Under the pieces are notes generated by a model. That model did no database searches. It was not told the origin of the DNA and was given only the letters and a program-made list of their open reading frames with translations. This document shows, in pieces, positions 47,059-57,929 of a stretch of DNA of 64,000 nucleotides (its first letter is position 1; each line of letters starts with the position of its first letter). This DNA is from Promethearchaeota archaeon (lineage in GTDB: Archaea; Asgardarchaeota; Lokiarchaeia; Sigyniarchaeales; SOKP01): positions 123,486 to 187,485 of the forward strand of contig JAHLWS010000065.1 in the NCBI GenBank assembly GCA_019057795.1, written 5' to 3'. Made by a program: the position numbers and the translations under genes.

Positions 47059-47607
47059 ATGTCATTTGTCCCTAAGAAAGTCTTTTTTGTAAAAGGAAAA
47101 GGATTTCATAAATCTAAGCTAGGAGCCTTTGAGCAAGCGCTTAGAAATGCGGGAATTGAAAAGTTTAATTTAGTCAATGTTTCTTCGATCTTACCCCCCC
47201 ATTGTGTTGAAATAAGTAAGGAAGATGGTTTAGAACAACTCCGTCCAGGACAGATCCTTTATATTGTTATATCTAGAGCAGAGTCTAAAGAATTAGATCG
47301 CGTGGTTTGCGCATCAATAGGTGTTGCAATGCCCGCTGATAAAGATCAATACGGATATTTAAGTGAACATCATACATATGGCGAAAAACCAGAAAAAACA
47401 GGGGCTTATACTGAGGATTTAGCAGCAGAGATGTTAGCTACAACTTTGGGATTATCATTTGATCCCAACGCTAATTACGATGAAAAACGCGAAGTCTTTA
47501 AAATGGGAGGAAAAATTGTTGAAACTAAAAATATAACCGAATATGCTACTGTTAGAAATAATGATGAGTGGGCTTCTGTTTTAGCAGCAGCAGTATTTAT
47601 TATATAA
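47059..47607 (+). CDS. pdaD: pyruvoyl-dependent arginine decarboxylase
   Basis: FEQALRNAGIEKFNLVNVSSILPP (SS self-cleavage site), YGYLSEHH. Confidence 0.93.
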   Translation: MSFVPKKVFFVKGKGFHKSKLGAFEQALRNAGIEKFNLVNVSSILPPHCVEISKEDGLEQLRPGQILYIVISRAESKELDRVVCASIGVAMPADKDQYGYLSEHHTYGEKPEKTGAYTEDLAAEMLATTLGLSFDPNANYDEKREVFKMGGKIVETKNITEYATVRNNDEWASVLAAAVFII

Positions 47608-47704
47608 TTGAATTTCTAAATATCTCTGAAAAATTAAAATTTGATGATTAATTTTGATAAGCTAGTTCATAATTAAATCAAAAAAAGACATTTCTTTTAA
47701 AAAA

Positions 47705-49006
47705 ATGAAGGAATCAAAATATACAACCATTGATGAAGCTCTGAAAAAGGATTTGACCAATGTATATTTGAGAGGTTGGGTGTATCGACAAAGAGCGTCA
47801 AATAAATTCGTTTTTATTGTTTTAAGAGACGAATCTGACATAATACAGTGTGTAATCTCTAAAAGCAAAAATGCAGAACTCTTTGAAAAAGCTGAAAAGC
47901 TCACAATTGAATCTTCAATTAAAATCTCAGGCGAATTAAAGGAGGATGTAAGGGCTCCCACTGGATTTGAAGTTTCTGTATCAGATATGGAAATTATCCA
48001 AATTGCCGAACCCTTTCCCATTACAGAACATCAATCCCCTGAGCTCTTATATGATAATCGACATCTATGGTTAAGATCTAGAAAATTGAACGCAGTTTTA
48101 AAAATTCGACATACGGTTGTTGGAGCTATTCACGAATTTTTTAGGAGTCTCGGTTATTACGAATTTGACGCACCAATCTTTCAACCTAGCCAATCTGAAG
48201 GGGGATCAACATTATTCGAAGTTAAATATTTTGAAGATATAATGTATCTAAGTCAAACATGGCAATTGTACGCTGAGGCCGGGATTTTTTCGCTTGGAAA
48301 GATATATAATATGGGACCAACTTTTCGAGCCGAAAGGTCAAAAACATCAAGACACTTAGCAGAATTTTGGATGGCAGAAATGGAGGCTGCTTGGATGACG
48401 CTTGACGAACTTACAGAAGTTGCTAAAGACGAAATTAGATTCATTGTAAAAGAAGTTTTAAAACATAACAAGAAAGAACTTGAAATTTTAGAGAGAGACA
48501 TTAAGTTGCTAGAACACTATGCGAAAGCGGAATATCCTACAATTAAGTATGCAGAAGCTTTAGATATCCTTAATAATAAATACCAAATGGACGTTCCTTG
48601 GGGTAAGGATTTAAGAACCATGGAAGAGGTAAAAATAGCTGAACATTTTAAGGTTCCTGTAGTCGTCACCCATTATCCTACGGAAATTATGGGTTTTTAT
48701 AAACCACCCAGCGAAGATAATCCCAAAGAAGCATTATGCTTTGACATGTTAGCTCCAGAAGGATATTGTGAAATTATTGGTGGGTCGGAAAGAAGTTTAT
48801 TAGTTGACGACATGAAAAAGAGATTAAAAGCCGACGGCGAAAATCCAGAGATTTATGATTGGTATTTTGCTTTAAGGCGTTATGGCAGTGTCCCTCATTC
48901 TGGTTATGGATTAGGCGTGGAACGGGTCGTTCAATGGATGTGCGGGTTAGATAACATTAAAGACGCTATTCCTTTCCCTCGAACTATGCTTAGAAAAGCT
49001 CCATAA
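47705..49006 (+). CDS. asnS: asparagine--tRNA ligase
   Basis: OB domain, RHLWLRS, YLSQTWQLY, FRAERSKTSRHLAEFWMAE, YGSVPHSGYGLGVER. Confidence 0.88.
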   Translation: MKESKYTTIDEALKKDLTNVYLRGWVYRQRASNKFVFIVLRDESDIIQCVISKSKNAELFEKAEKLTIESSIKISGELKEDVRAPTGFEVSVSDMEIIQIAEPFPITEHQSPELLYDNRHLWLRSRKLNAVLKIRHTVVGAIHEFFRSLGYYEFDAPIFQPSQSEGGSTLFEVKYFEDIMYLSQTWQLYAEAGIFSLGKIYNMGPTFRAERSKTSRHLAEFWMAEMEAAWMTLDELTEVAKDEIRFIVKEVLKHNKKELEILERDIKLLEHYAKAEYPTIKYAEALDILNNKYQMDVPWGKDLRTMEEVKIAEHFKVPVVVTHYPTEIMGFYKPPSEDNPKEALCFDMLAPEGYCEIIGGSERSLLVDDMKKRLKADGENPEIYDWYFALRRYGSVPHSGYGLGVERVVQWMCGLDNIKDAIPFPRTMLRKAP

Positions 49007-49095
49007 TAAATTTTTTTTTAGAAATCAACAATTATTTTCGATGAATTATTTAAGAAACACTGATTTTAAATTATTTAAAAGGATGGTTTGTTGAA

Positions 49096-50577
49096 TTGGA
49101 ACTCTATAATTACATGGGATATGAATTAATTGAAAAAGTAATAAATAGAGAAATTACCATTCAAGATGTAATTCAAACGTCATTTGACAGAATTGAGACA
49201 ACTGATAATCTTATTCATTCTTTTGTTAAGCTATCCAAAGATAAAGCACTTAAAAAAGCAAAAGAATATGATATAAAAATACAAGAAGGTCAAAAAGTTG
49301 GGAGGCTTTATGGATTACCTTTTGCAAATAAAGATTTGATCTGCTTAAAGGGTTTTCCTACGACTTGCTGTTCAAAAATACTAAGGGGTTATCGGCCTCC
49401 ATATAATGCTTTCGTCATTGAACGTTTAGTGGAGCAAGAGGGAGCAATTCATATTGGAAATACAAATATGGATGAATTTGCAATGGGAAGTTCTACAGAA
49501 TCGAGCTGTTATGGCCCCACCTATAACCCTTGGGATTTATCTAGAGTACCGGGAGGGTCGAGTGGAGGGAGTGCTACAGCTATCGCATCGGGACAAGCTA
49601 TTTTTGCGATAGGAAGCGATACAGGAGGTAGTATTAGGTGTCCAGCATCTTTCTGTGGAGTTGTGGGATTGAAACCTACTTATGGTAGAGTATCACGATA
49701 TGGATTAGTTGCCTTTGCAAATTCATTGGATCAAATTGGTCCCATTACTAAGTGTGTATACGATTCAGCGTTAATGCTTGAAATAATATCAGGTAAAGAT
49801 CCACTCGATTCTACCTCAGTAGATGTTAAAGTTGATAAATATACAGAAGAAATCAAAAATCCGATTGAAAAAAAAGTAATTGGAATTCCAAAAGAGTTTT
49901 TCGGTGAAGGGATTGAAACAGAAGTTGAAAGTTCTATAAAGAAATCAATCGAAAAATTGGAAAGTTTAGGAGCATCTACCGTTGAAGTGACTATTCCGCA
50001 TCTTGAATATACCATTGCAACATATTATTTACTCTGCATGTGCGAAGCAAGTTCGAATCTAGCGAGATTTGACGGTTTGAGATATGGACCCATGAGCGAG
50101 GACCTTTCTGGCGACACTTTCGAAGTGTTTAGTAGAACAAGAGGGGAGTATTTTGGTCCAGAAGTAAGACGGAGAATTTTCTTAGGAACCTATGCGTTAT
50201 CTGCGGGATACTACGATAAGTTCTATATTAAAGCGCTTAAAGTTAGATCGCTGATAAAAAACGATTTCGTGGAAGCTTTTAAAAAGTGTGACTCTATCGT
50301 TTGCCCAACAATGCCTTCAACAGCATTTAAAGCTGGAGCGTTAATTGATGACCCGCTGCAAATGTATATAATAGATATATTAACTTGCTCTGTTAACCTT
50401 GCGGGTATTCCAGCGTTAACAATCCCATGTGGTTTTGATAGTAATAATTTACCTATAGGTTTTCAAATAATCGGGGATTATTTTGATGAAAAGGGTGTCC
50501 TCAACATTGGTTATCAACTTGAACAAGAGCTTAATATTTATAGAAAAATTGCGCCTGTTGTAAGTGGAGGTAAATAA
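49096..50577 (+). CDS. gatA: Asp/Glu-tRNA amidotransferase subunit A
   Basis: NMDEFAMGSSTE, PGGSSGGS, GSDTGGSIR, EVRRRIFLGTY. Confidence 0.96.
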   Translation: MELYNYMGYELIEKVINREITIQDVIQTSFDRIETTDNLIHSFVKLSKDKALKKAKEYDIKIQEGQKVGRLYGLPFANKDLICLKGFPTTCCSKILRGYRPPYNAFVIERLVEQEGAIHIGNTNMDEFAMGSSTESSCYGPTYNPWDLSRVPGGSSGGSATAIASGQAIFAIGSDTGGSIRCPASFCGVVGLKPTYGRVSRYGLVAFANSLDQIGPITKCVYDSALMLEIISGKDPLDSTSVDVKVDKYTEEIKNPIEKKVIGIPKEFFGEGIETEVESSIKKSIEKLESLGASTVEVTIPHLEYTIATYYLLCMCEASSNLARFDGLRYGPMSEDLSGDTFEVFSRTRGEYFGPEVRRRIFLGTYALSAGYYDKFYIKALKVRSLIKNDFVEAFKKCDSIVCPTMPSTAFKAGALIDDPLQMYIIDILTCSVNLAGIPALTIPCGFDSNNLPIGFQIIGDYFDEKGVLNIGYQLEQELNIYRKIAPVVSGGK

Positions 50578-52036
50578 TTTGAGTAGTCAAAATAAAGATG
50601 TGATTATAGGTTTAGAAGTTCACATTCAATTGACAAATCTCAAAACAAAGCTATTTTGTAGTTGTAATACTAATTATCGTGGAGCAGAGCCTAATACATT
50701 TGTATGCCCTATATGTATTGGTTTGCCAGGTTCGCTTCCAGTAGTTAACAAAAAAGTAGTGGAATTTGCAACCAGATTAGCTCTAGCCCTAGATTGTAAA
50801 ATCAATCATAAATTTTGGTTCTTTAGAAAAAATTACCATTATCCAGACCTCCCAAAAGGATTTCAGATTACGCAATATAACAAAGCGGGAGGCAAAGCTT
50901 TTGCTGATGGCGGGAAAATCACCATTAGAGTAAATAACCATAAAAAAGAAGTCATACTAAATAGAATTCATCTGGAAGAGGATCCTGCTAGATTAGTACA
51001 TAAAGGAAATATAGCAATTTCACCATTCACTTTAGTAGATTATAATCGCTCTGGTGTTTGCTTGCTTGAAATTGTGTCCGAACCTGTTATTGACTCCCCA
51101 GAAGAGGCGAGAGAATTTCTAAAACAATTAAAATCGATCGTTCAATATACGGGTATATCAGATTTAGACCTTCAGGGCTCCGTAAGAGTTGACGCAAATA
51201 TTTCTATAAAAGGAAATGAACGTAGTGAAGTTAAAAATATCAATAGTTTTAAAGAAGTTGAACGCGCATTAAGTTATGAAATAGTAAGGCAAAAAAACGC
51301 ACTTAAAAGAGGAAAAGTATTAATACAAGAAACTAGACACTGGGACGATAAAAGGAAAATCACGATATCATTACGATCAAAAGAATTTGAAGCAGATTAT
51401 CGTTATTTCCCCGAACAAGATTTAGTTCCATTAGAAATTGATAATTTTTTTATTCAGAAAGTTAAAGAAAAACTACCAGAAATGCCAAATGAAAGAACCT
51501 TAAGGCTTCGCAGAGAATATATGCTCTCTGAATTTGATTCTGAAAACTTAGTTTTAGATAAAGAGATCGCAGATTTCTATGAAAACGGTGCGAACTCAGA
51601 TCCTTCATTTGGTTATGAAGAGTATAAACAGTATTGTAATTGGTTAATGAACAATATTTCCGGATGGTTAAACGAGAATAATACAACGATTAATAATACA
51701 AAACTTACTCCTAAACACGTAGTAGATTTAATCAAAAACATCAGAAACGGTAAAATTACAACAAAAATAGCAAAGACTTACATAGATGAAATGATGAAAG
51801 GGACATCAGTTTCTCAAATCATTAAAAAAAAGGGAAAGAAGAGAATTTATAACGAAAAAATCATTGAAAAGTTATGTAGAGCCGTTATTGAAGAAAATCC
51901 AAATATCGTTAAAGATTTTCGTAAGAACCTTAAAGCTTTAGAAGCTTTAATTGGTAGGGTTATGGCAAAAACCAAAGGACAAGCAGATCCTAAAATAACA
52001 AGAGAAGTAATGTTAGAATTACTAGCGAAATCTTAA
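50564..52036 (+). CDS. gatB: Asp/Glu-tRNA amidotransferase subunit B
   Basis: IGLEVH, RKNYHYPDLPK, HLEED, DYNRSG, EVKNINS, DYRYFPE. Confidence 0.96.
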   Translation: MEVNNLSSQNKDVIIGLEVHIQLTNLKTKLFCSCNTNYRGAEPNTFVCPICIGLPGSLPVVNKKVVEFATRLALALDCKINHKFWFFRKNYHYPDLPKGFQITQYNKAGGKAFADGGKITIRVNNHKKEVILNRIHLEEDPARLVHKGNIAISPFTLVDYNRSGVCLLEIVSEPVIDSPEEAREFLKQLKSIVQYTGISDLDLQGSVRVDANISIKGNERSEVKNINSFKEVERALSYEIVRQKNALKRGKVLIQETRHWDDKRKITISLRSKEFEADYRYFPEQDLVPLEIDNFFIQKVKEKLPEMPNERTLRLRREYMLSEFDSENLVLDKEIADFYENGANSDPSFGYEEYKQYCNWLMNNISGWLNENNTTINNTKLTPKHVVDLIKNIRNGKITTKIAKTYIDEMMKGTSVSQIIKKKGKKRIYNEKIIEKLCRAVIEENPNIVKDFRKNLKALEALIGRVMAKTKGQADPKITREVMLELLAKS

Positions 52037-52066
52037 AAAAGTAGAAAAATAAATAAGATGCTAATG

Positions 52067-52423
52067 CTAAAGAAGACTGTTAAGAGCGTCTGCTGCTGCT
52101 GATAACTTTAAATTAATGATACCTAGTTTTGCATCTGTAGTCGTAATTAACGTTAATATATTTCCTCCAATTTCCGAAAAGAGAATTTTTCCTTTAGCAC
52201 TTTCAATTATAGCGTTATAAAATTGTCCTTGTTCAAGTTCCTTCGTTGCCCTTTGAGAGGCTTTAAGAATAAGAGTGACCATTGCTGCCACTGATTCTGG
52301 GTCGACCCAACCAGGTAATGCACTACCTTTTATTAAGCCAAATTTTTCGATTATCGCAGCACCATATACACCCTTTATCGCTTTAAGGCTTTCTAAGATT
52401 TCCTTAATCCTTTCTTCACTCAT
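52067..52423 (-). CDS. roadblock/LC7 (MglB-like) protein
   Basis: GVYGAAIIEKFGLI...DPESVAAM...AKLGII. Confidence 0.88.
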   Translation of the reverse strand: MSEERIKEILESLKAIKGVYGAAIIEKFGLIKGSALPGWVDPESVAAMVTLILKASQRATKELEQGQFYNAIIESAKGKILFSEIGGNILTLITTTDAKLGIINLKLSAAADALNSLL

Positions 52424-52555
52424 TTAATTCACTTTAGTTTATAAATTCAGAATTATTAGAATAATCTTATTATAGATATTTAAGATTTAAGGTTATTTAA
52501 GTATATAAATTTTGTAATTAGAAAAAAAAAAGTTAAGAGGAATAAGATTTAGAAA

Positions 52556-53587
52556 TTATAATTTTATTATTTTTCCCCGTTTATCAAGTAATAATGCAAT
52601 GAGCGTCATAACAATAACCATTATCGTAAAAATTAGTAAATCCATATCTAAACCAAATAAATCATTTAATATGAATTCCAGTAAAACCGCAATAATATAA
52701 ATTATAAATGGAGATTTTCCGTAACTATCTAGAACGAATATTGGTTTCTGAACTTTCTTGTCAATGCCAATAAAAAGAAACGATATTAAGATTGAGCCCC
52801 CTAAACTAATTAAAATATATGTTAGAGTTACTTGGCGTTTATTTGGATACCATCCAGGTAACAACCAAAGTAATAGACCGCCTACAAAAGCAGTAATCCC
52901 TACAATTAAGTATATTTGATATTTCTTCTTATCAGCATATTCTTTACTTATAAACAAAACTTCGCCTAAACAGGTTGCGTAAATCATAATAGTTGAAAAA
53001 CCAAATATCGTACCAAAAATGCCACCGTGAATAGATGCAATAGCGTACTCTCGCCATCCACCATAAAGAAGCATAATTTGATAGAATATTAATAAAGTCG
53101 TAGCAACGATAGCCCGTCTCTTTGGTTTTAACCACAGAAAAGGTATTGTTATTAACCCTACTAACCCTAGCGTTGGTAAAACGTCCCAAATAATAATACC
53201 TTCACTTGTTATAAATTCACCGTGATCGATTAGAATTACAAGTAATCCCAGAGCCAAGATTATCCCATAACGAATAATCATGTGTTTGACTGCCTTACTT
53301 ACGCCATCACTTTCTTTTCTGTGCAAAAAGGACAATGGCATGAGTAACCCCATTATAAAAATAAAAGCAGGAGCACCAACATCATAAAAATTCATAAACT
53401 CAACTGTTCTTTGATCCAGGGGGTGAGCTAAAAAGAATCGAGCAATTTCACTTCCAGTTCGAATAGCATAAGGTAGAAATTCAGTGATCACAAGTAGGAT
53501 CATGATAAAACCTCGTGCATGATCGATCCAATAATATCTTTTTCTTTGGAGCTGATCTCCTTCAGTAATTAGTTTTTCATCACTCAT
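52556..53587 (-). CDS. HGSNAT/DUF1624-like membrane acyltransferase family protein
   Basis: RYYWIDHARG, H...DVGAPAFIFIMG, PNKR..TLTYIL; many TM helices. Confidence 0.8.
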   Translation of the reverse strand: MSDEKLITEGDQLQRKRYYWIDHARGFIMILLVITEFLPYAIRTGSEIARFFLAHPLDQRTVEFMNFYDVGAPAFIFIMGLLMPLSFLHRKESDGVSKAVKHMIIRYGIILALGLLVILIDHGEFITSEGIIIWDVLPTLGLVGLITIPFLWLKPKRRAIVATTLLIFYQIMLLYGGWREYAIASIHGGIFGTIFGFSTIMIYATCLGEVLFISKEYADKKKYQIYLIVGITAFVGGLLLWLLPGWYPNKRQVTLTYILISLGGSILISFLFIGIDKKVQKPIFVLDSYGKSPFIIYIIAVLLEFILNDLFGLDMDLLIFTIMVIVMTLIALLLDKRGKIIKL

Positions 53588-53718
53588 GTTTGATCATGGT
53601 TTTTTTTTTGTATAAAAATTAATTAAGTAAATTATTTTAATAGATATTTACGGTTTTATTATATTTAAGTGTAAAATTTTATCTTTACTTTGAAATTGAC
53701 TTTTAAGTGTTTTAAATA

Positions 53719-54861
53719 ATGGTAAATATTATTTATCGTCATTACAAAAAAGGCGATGAAAGACAGATAGCAGATCTATTCAATCGAGCTTTTCAAATGA
53801 ATGGAGTGGGCATTGTTCGAACTTCTGAAGAATGGAATTGGAGATATGTCAAGTCACCCTATTTTGAACCAGAGATGATTCAAATTGCGGAAGATGTTGA
53901 AAAAAATAAGATAGTGGGGGCAATTCACGTAAATTTAGTTGAAGACATCTTTTTCAATTCTAAAAATTATTTAATTGGAGATATCAACGATGTTTCATGC
54001 CATCCCGATTATACCCGTAAAGGTATTGCTACTAATCTAATGGAAATGGCGATGAAATACATGAAAAAAAGAAAGTGTGATCTTTCAATTTTAACAGCGG
54101 ATTATAAGGGATTCGCTAGATCAAAGATTTACTTGAAATTCGGCTACGTTGATGTTGATAGAGAACTTATGCTGATTAATTTTCCAAATTTATTTAAATT
54201 GTTTAAAGATCTTAAAAAATTTGCGTTATTATTTCCAATTTTTTTTGTTATTTCGTATTTCCCACGCTTTTTTTATAGAATCCTTCTGAAACTAAGCAAA
54301 AATCTTAACAATATTTCTTACGAGATTGTTAATAATAAGCATTTTCAGTACATGAACGCTGCGAACAAAATTATTAAAAAATTTTACACTGGTGTTACGC
54401 CGTATGATAAAGATAAATTTACTTGGGCTCGAATTAATGTACCAGCAGAAAGGCTCAAACCTACCTATATAATCATACGAAAAAAGGAAGAAATAATAGG
54501 TGGTGCCGCAATAACTCATAGAAATCTACATTCGTTTAAGTATGGTCTTAAAATTAGAATTGGAATTGTTCACGAAGTATTTTTAGATAAAAGTCAATTT
54601 AAGAATAAGCGTGATTTGCATTTTGGATATATTTTTCTAATCGATAAGTTATTAAAAGCCGCTACTAGAAGGTATATCGGAGTCTTACTTTATAATTCTT
54701 GTTATAGTGACATTGATTTAATTAAAGCATTAAAATCAATGGCGTTTTTAAAATTTGGATCAGGAACGATTATGATGAAGAAACTAAACGAAGAAATAAA
54801 GAGTTTAAAACCAAAAAAACCAATTTATTTACCCACATATATAACTTTCTCAACTCCTTAA
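53719..54861 (+). CDS. GNAT family acetyltransferase (two-domain)
   Basis: DVSCHPDYTRKGIATNLM motif A. Confidence 0.88.
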   Translation: MVNIIYRHYKKGDERQIADLFNRAFQMNGVGIVRTSEEWNWRYVKSPYFEPEMIQIAEDVEKNKIVGAIHVNLVEDIFFNSKNYLIGDINDVSCHPDYTRKGIATNLMEMAMKYMKKRKCDLSILTADYKGFARSKIYLKFGYVDVDRELMLINFPNLFKLFKDLKKFALLFPIFFVISYFPRFFYRILLKLSKNLNNISYEIVNNKHFQYMNAANKIIKKFYTGVTPYDKDKFTWARINVPAERLKPTYIIIRKKEEIIGGAAITHRNLHSFKYGLKIRIGIVHEVFLDKSQFKNKRDLHFGYIFLIDKLLKAATRRYIGVLLYNSCYSDIDLIKALKSMAFLKFGSGTIMMKKLNEEIKSLKPKKPIYLPTYITFSTP

Positions 54862-54953
54862 AGAATCCTTAAGTTGAATGAAGCCAAAAGCCTAATTCCT
54901 TTTTTTAAAAAATAAAAATAAAAATTATTAATAAATAAACATTTTGGTAATTT

Positions 54954-56381
54954 ATGTTTAGACAAGCTATTAAATGGGTAAAATCTAACCAAGATTTATT
55001 AATTGATGTCAGCGATCAGATTTGGGGGTTCGCAGAGTTAGGTTTAAAAGAATTTAAATCTTCAAAATTATTAGCAAAAACACTTAACGATGCGGGTTTT
55101 GCAGTAAAGATGGGAGTTGCAGACATGCCAACTGCTTTTTACGCTGATTATGGAGAAGGAAAGCCTGTTATTGGGGTTTTAGGCGAGTACGATGCCTTAC
55201 CGGGGCTCAGTCAAAAACCACAACCGTTTCGGGACATTTTAATAGAAGGTGCGCCAGGTCATGGTTGCGGTCATAACCTATTAGGAGTAGGTTCGTTAGG
55301 GGCAGTATTAGCAGTTAAAGAAGCGATTGATTTGGGTAATGTAAAGGGAAGTATCCGTTATTATGGTTGTCCTGCAGAGGAAACTTTTAACGCAAAAGGT
55401 TATATGATACGAGAGGGATTGTTTGACGATGTGGATATCGCAATGACTTGGCATCCAGGAAATTTCAACATGCTTAATCTGATGACTTCTTTAGCGATAA
55501 ACTCAGTAGTTTTTAAATTTCATGGACGTACAGCTCATGCCGCAGGAGACCCTCAAAATGGGAGGAGTGCTTTAGATGCTGTTGAGTTAATGAATATAGG
55601 AGCTAATTTTATGCGAGAACATATGATTTCTGATGCAAGATTACATTATGTAATAACTAATGGAGGCGATGTTCCAAATGTGGTGCCTGCTGAAGCAGAA
55701 TCGCATTATTTTGTACGCGCTCCAGAACGCCATCAAGTTGAAGATTTATACGCTAGGCTTATTAACATAGGAAAAGGTGCGACTTTAATGACGGAGACAA
55801 CGATGGAGATCGATTTTTTAAGTGGCATGTATAACACAATGTATACAAAAGTAGTCAGCGATGTCATTTCAAACTCCATGAAAAAAGTTGGTACCCCTAG
55901 ATTTAATAAAGATGATATGTCTTTTGCTAATGAGCTAAAAAAGTCTATTCCAAAAAATTCACTTGAGGGATACTACAGACTCATACCCCCCGATATGATG
56001 GAATTTGCTAAAGCTATTTTAAGTCAACCTTTGAATAAAATCATAATTCCTCCAATGGGAAAAGGTAAGGTTATGCCAGGATCTACAGATGTAGCAGATG
56101 TTTCTTGGAAAGTACCTCTTGGAGAATTTGGGACAGCTTGTGAGATCATGGGATCTCCCGGGCATTCTTGGCAAAATGTAGCCACTTCGGGGATGAGTAT
56201 CGGTCACAAAGGGATGTTAACAGCAGCTAAAATATTAGCTGTATCCACCCTTGAATTCATGCAAAATCCAAATTTAGTTGAAAATGCGCTTAAGGAACAC
56301 AATATAGCACATAAAGATAAGCCATACAAATCACCACTTCCTGACGGACTAAAGCCGCCTTTCCGCAGATTAAATAATTAA
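54954..56381 (+). CDS. M20 amidohydrolase, AbgB-like (p-aminobenzoyl-glutamate hydrolase B)
   Basis: EYDALPGLSQ, GHGCGHN, GCPAEE, WHP, GSTDVADVSW, HSWQ. Confidence 0.9.
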   Translation: MFRQAIKWVKSNQDLLIDVSDQIWGFAELGLKEFKSSKLLAKTLNDAGFAVKMGVADMPTAFYADYGEGKPVIGVLGEYDALPGLSQKPQPFRDILIEGAPGHGCGHNLLGVGSLGAVLAVKEAIDLGNVKGSIRYYGCPAEETFNAKGYMIREGLFDDVDIAMTWHPGNFNMLNLMTSLAINSVVFKFHGRTAHAAGDPQNGRSALDAVELMNIGANFMREHMISDARLHYVITNGGDVPNVVPAEAESHYFVRAPERHQVEDLYARLINIGKGATLMTETTMEIDFLSGMYNTMYTKVVSDVISNSMKKVGTPRFNKDDMSFANELKKSIPKNSLEGYYRLIPPDMMEFAKAILSQPLNKIIIPPMGKGKVMPGSTDVADVSWKVPLGEFGTACEIMGSPGHSWQNVATSGMSIGHKGMLTAAKILAVSTLEFMQNPNLVENALKEHNIAHKDKPYKSPLPDGLKPPFRRLNN

Positions 56382-56496
56382 GCTTTTTTTTTTGAACTAA
56401 TTATTTATTCTTTTTTTTTAATATCTTATAAGTTGAATCAAAAACTGGTCTCTCTAAGAGATTAATATGCTACTCTATTTTCTAAATTAAGAATAA

Positions 56497-56799
56497 ATGA
56501 AAAGTGTAAAAGATATGAGTAAAGTAATAAAATGGCAATATTCCGATTTTTTTAAACCACGAAGAGAAAAGCTTGTAAGTATTCTTCTTAGCGAGATAAT
56601 TTTTTTGAAAAGTCATATAAAAAAATCTAATATTAGCAAAAAAAACCAATACCTTGAAATCGCTTTGGACAAGTTAGAATATCTTCTAAATACTCTAAAA
56701 AAAAGCGATATCGATTTATCCGACAAAGATTTTGATAAGGTAGTAATGATAATCTATCATGTATTCGAAGAGATTACTAATAAATTGAATTGTAATTAG
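56497..56799 (+). CDS. hypothetical protein
   Basis: 100-aa helical ORF filling the intergenic gap. Confidence 0.6.
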   Translation: MKSVKDMSKVIKWQYSDFFKPRREKLVSILLSEIIFLKSHIKKSNISKKNQYLEIALDKLEYLLNTLKKSDIDLSDKDFDKVVMIIYHVFEEITNKLNCN

Positions 56800-56860
56800 A
56801 AGTTAAGATAAAAAAAGAAAACTAAAAAAAAATAAGACAACTTATCCAAATTTATTCTCG

Positions 56861-57805
56861 TTATAAATCTAAGAGTTCACTTGCAACTCCAGTTATTGCC
56901 GGTTTCTGAGGTAATCCTTTCATTAAGTCTGGTCTGAATCTTTCAGCAAGTATTTGAGGTGTAAAAGGGGCTCCATTATTATCAATACGTTTGACTGTAT
57001 GCCATCCACGATAAACCCAAACCTTATCTCCAGCAGCTCTAATTACTTCACCACTGATTCTTCTAGCGGCATCAGAAGCTAAAAACACGATTAATGGAGC
57101 AAAATGCGATGGATTAAACACATCCATTCCTCCTTTTGATTTAGAACTCATAACGCCTACCATTTTAGGCGTGGCATCAGTAGTAAGCCTAGTTCTAGCC
57201 ATTGGTACAACACAGTTTACCGTAGCGTATTTTTTTAATTCATCCGCCACAATTAATGTGAACGCCGCAATACCTGCTTTAGCAGCACCATAATTAGATT
57301 GTCCTATATTACCTAATAATCCTGCATCTGATGCTGTATTGATAATTCGTCCAAAGGTTTTTAACTTAGGATCTGCTTTGCCTCTCTTCCTAAAGTATTC
57401 TGCCGCATGTCTAACCATATTAAATGTGCCTTTAAGATGGACAGCGATGACGCCGTCAAATTCTTCTTCCGTCATGTTAAAAATCATTCTGTCACGTAGG
57501 ATACCCGCATTATTAACAACAATATCTAATTTTCCAAATTCTGAAACTGCCTGATCTATCATTCCTTTTGCTTTATTAAAATCTGTTACGGAATCGTAAT
57601 TTCCTACCGCTTTAACGCCAAGTTTTTTACATTCTTCGGCAACCAAATCAGCTACCTGGGCTTTATTGCCCGTTCCGTCAAATGCCGCACCTAGATCATT
57701 TATTACTAAGTTACAACCTTCTTTTGCCATAGCTAGCGCTTCTTCTCGCCCTAAACCGCGACCAGCGCCAGTAATAATGGCAACTTTTCCATCTAACATA
57801 CCCAT
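56861..57805 (-). CDS. SDR family oxidoreductase (MFE-2/HSD17B4 dehydrogenase-like)
   Basis: TGAGRGLG, VINDLG, NNAGILRD, NYGAAK. Confidence 0.93.
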   Translation of the reverse strand: MGMLDGKVAIITGAGRGLGREEALAMAKEGCNLVINDLGAAFDGTGNKAQVADLVAEECKKLGVKAVGNYDSVTDFNKAKGMIDQAVSEFGKLDIVVNNAGILRDRMIFNMTEEEFDGVIAVHLKGTFNMVRHAAEYFRKRGKADPKLKTFGRIINTASDAGLLGNIGQSNYGAAKAGIAAFTLIVADELKKYATVNCVVPMARTRLTTDATPKMVGVMSSKSKGGMDVFNPSHFAPLIVFLASDAARRISGEVIRAAGDKVWVYRGWHTVKRIDNNGAPFTPQILAERFRPDLMKGLPQKPAITGVASELLDL

Positions 57806-57929
57806 TTTTTATCACTTATAAAATTTTAAGATTGATTTCTAATATGTAAAATTCAATTACAAAGTTAAAAAATTTTAAGAATTATATTTCATTTTGAAAA
57901 ATATCTGAATTAAATTTTTAGGGAATATA

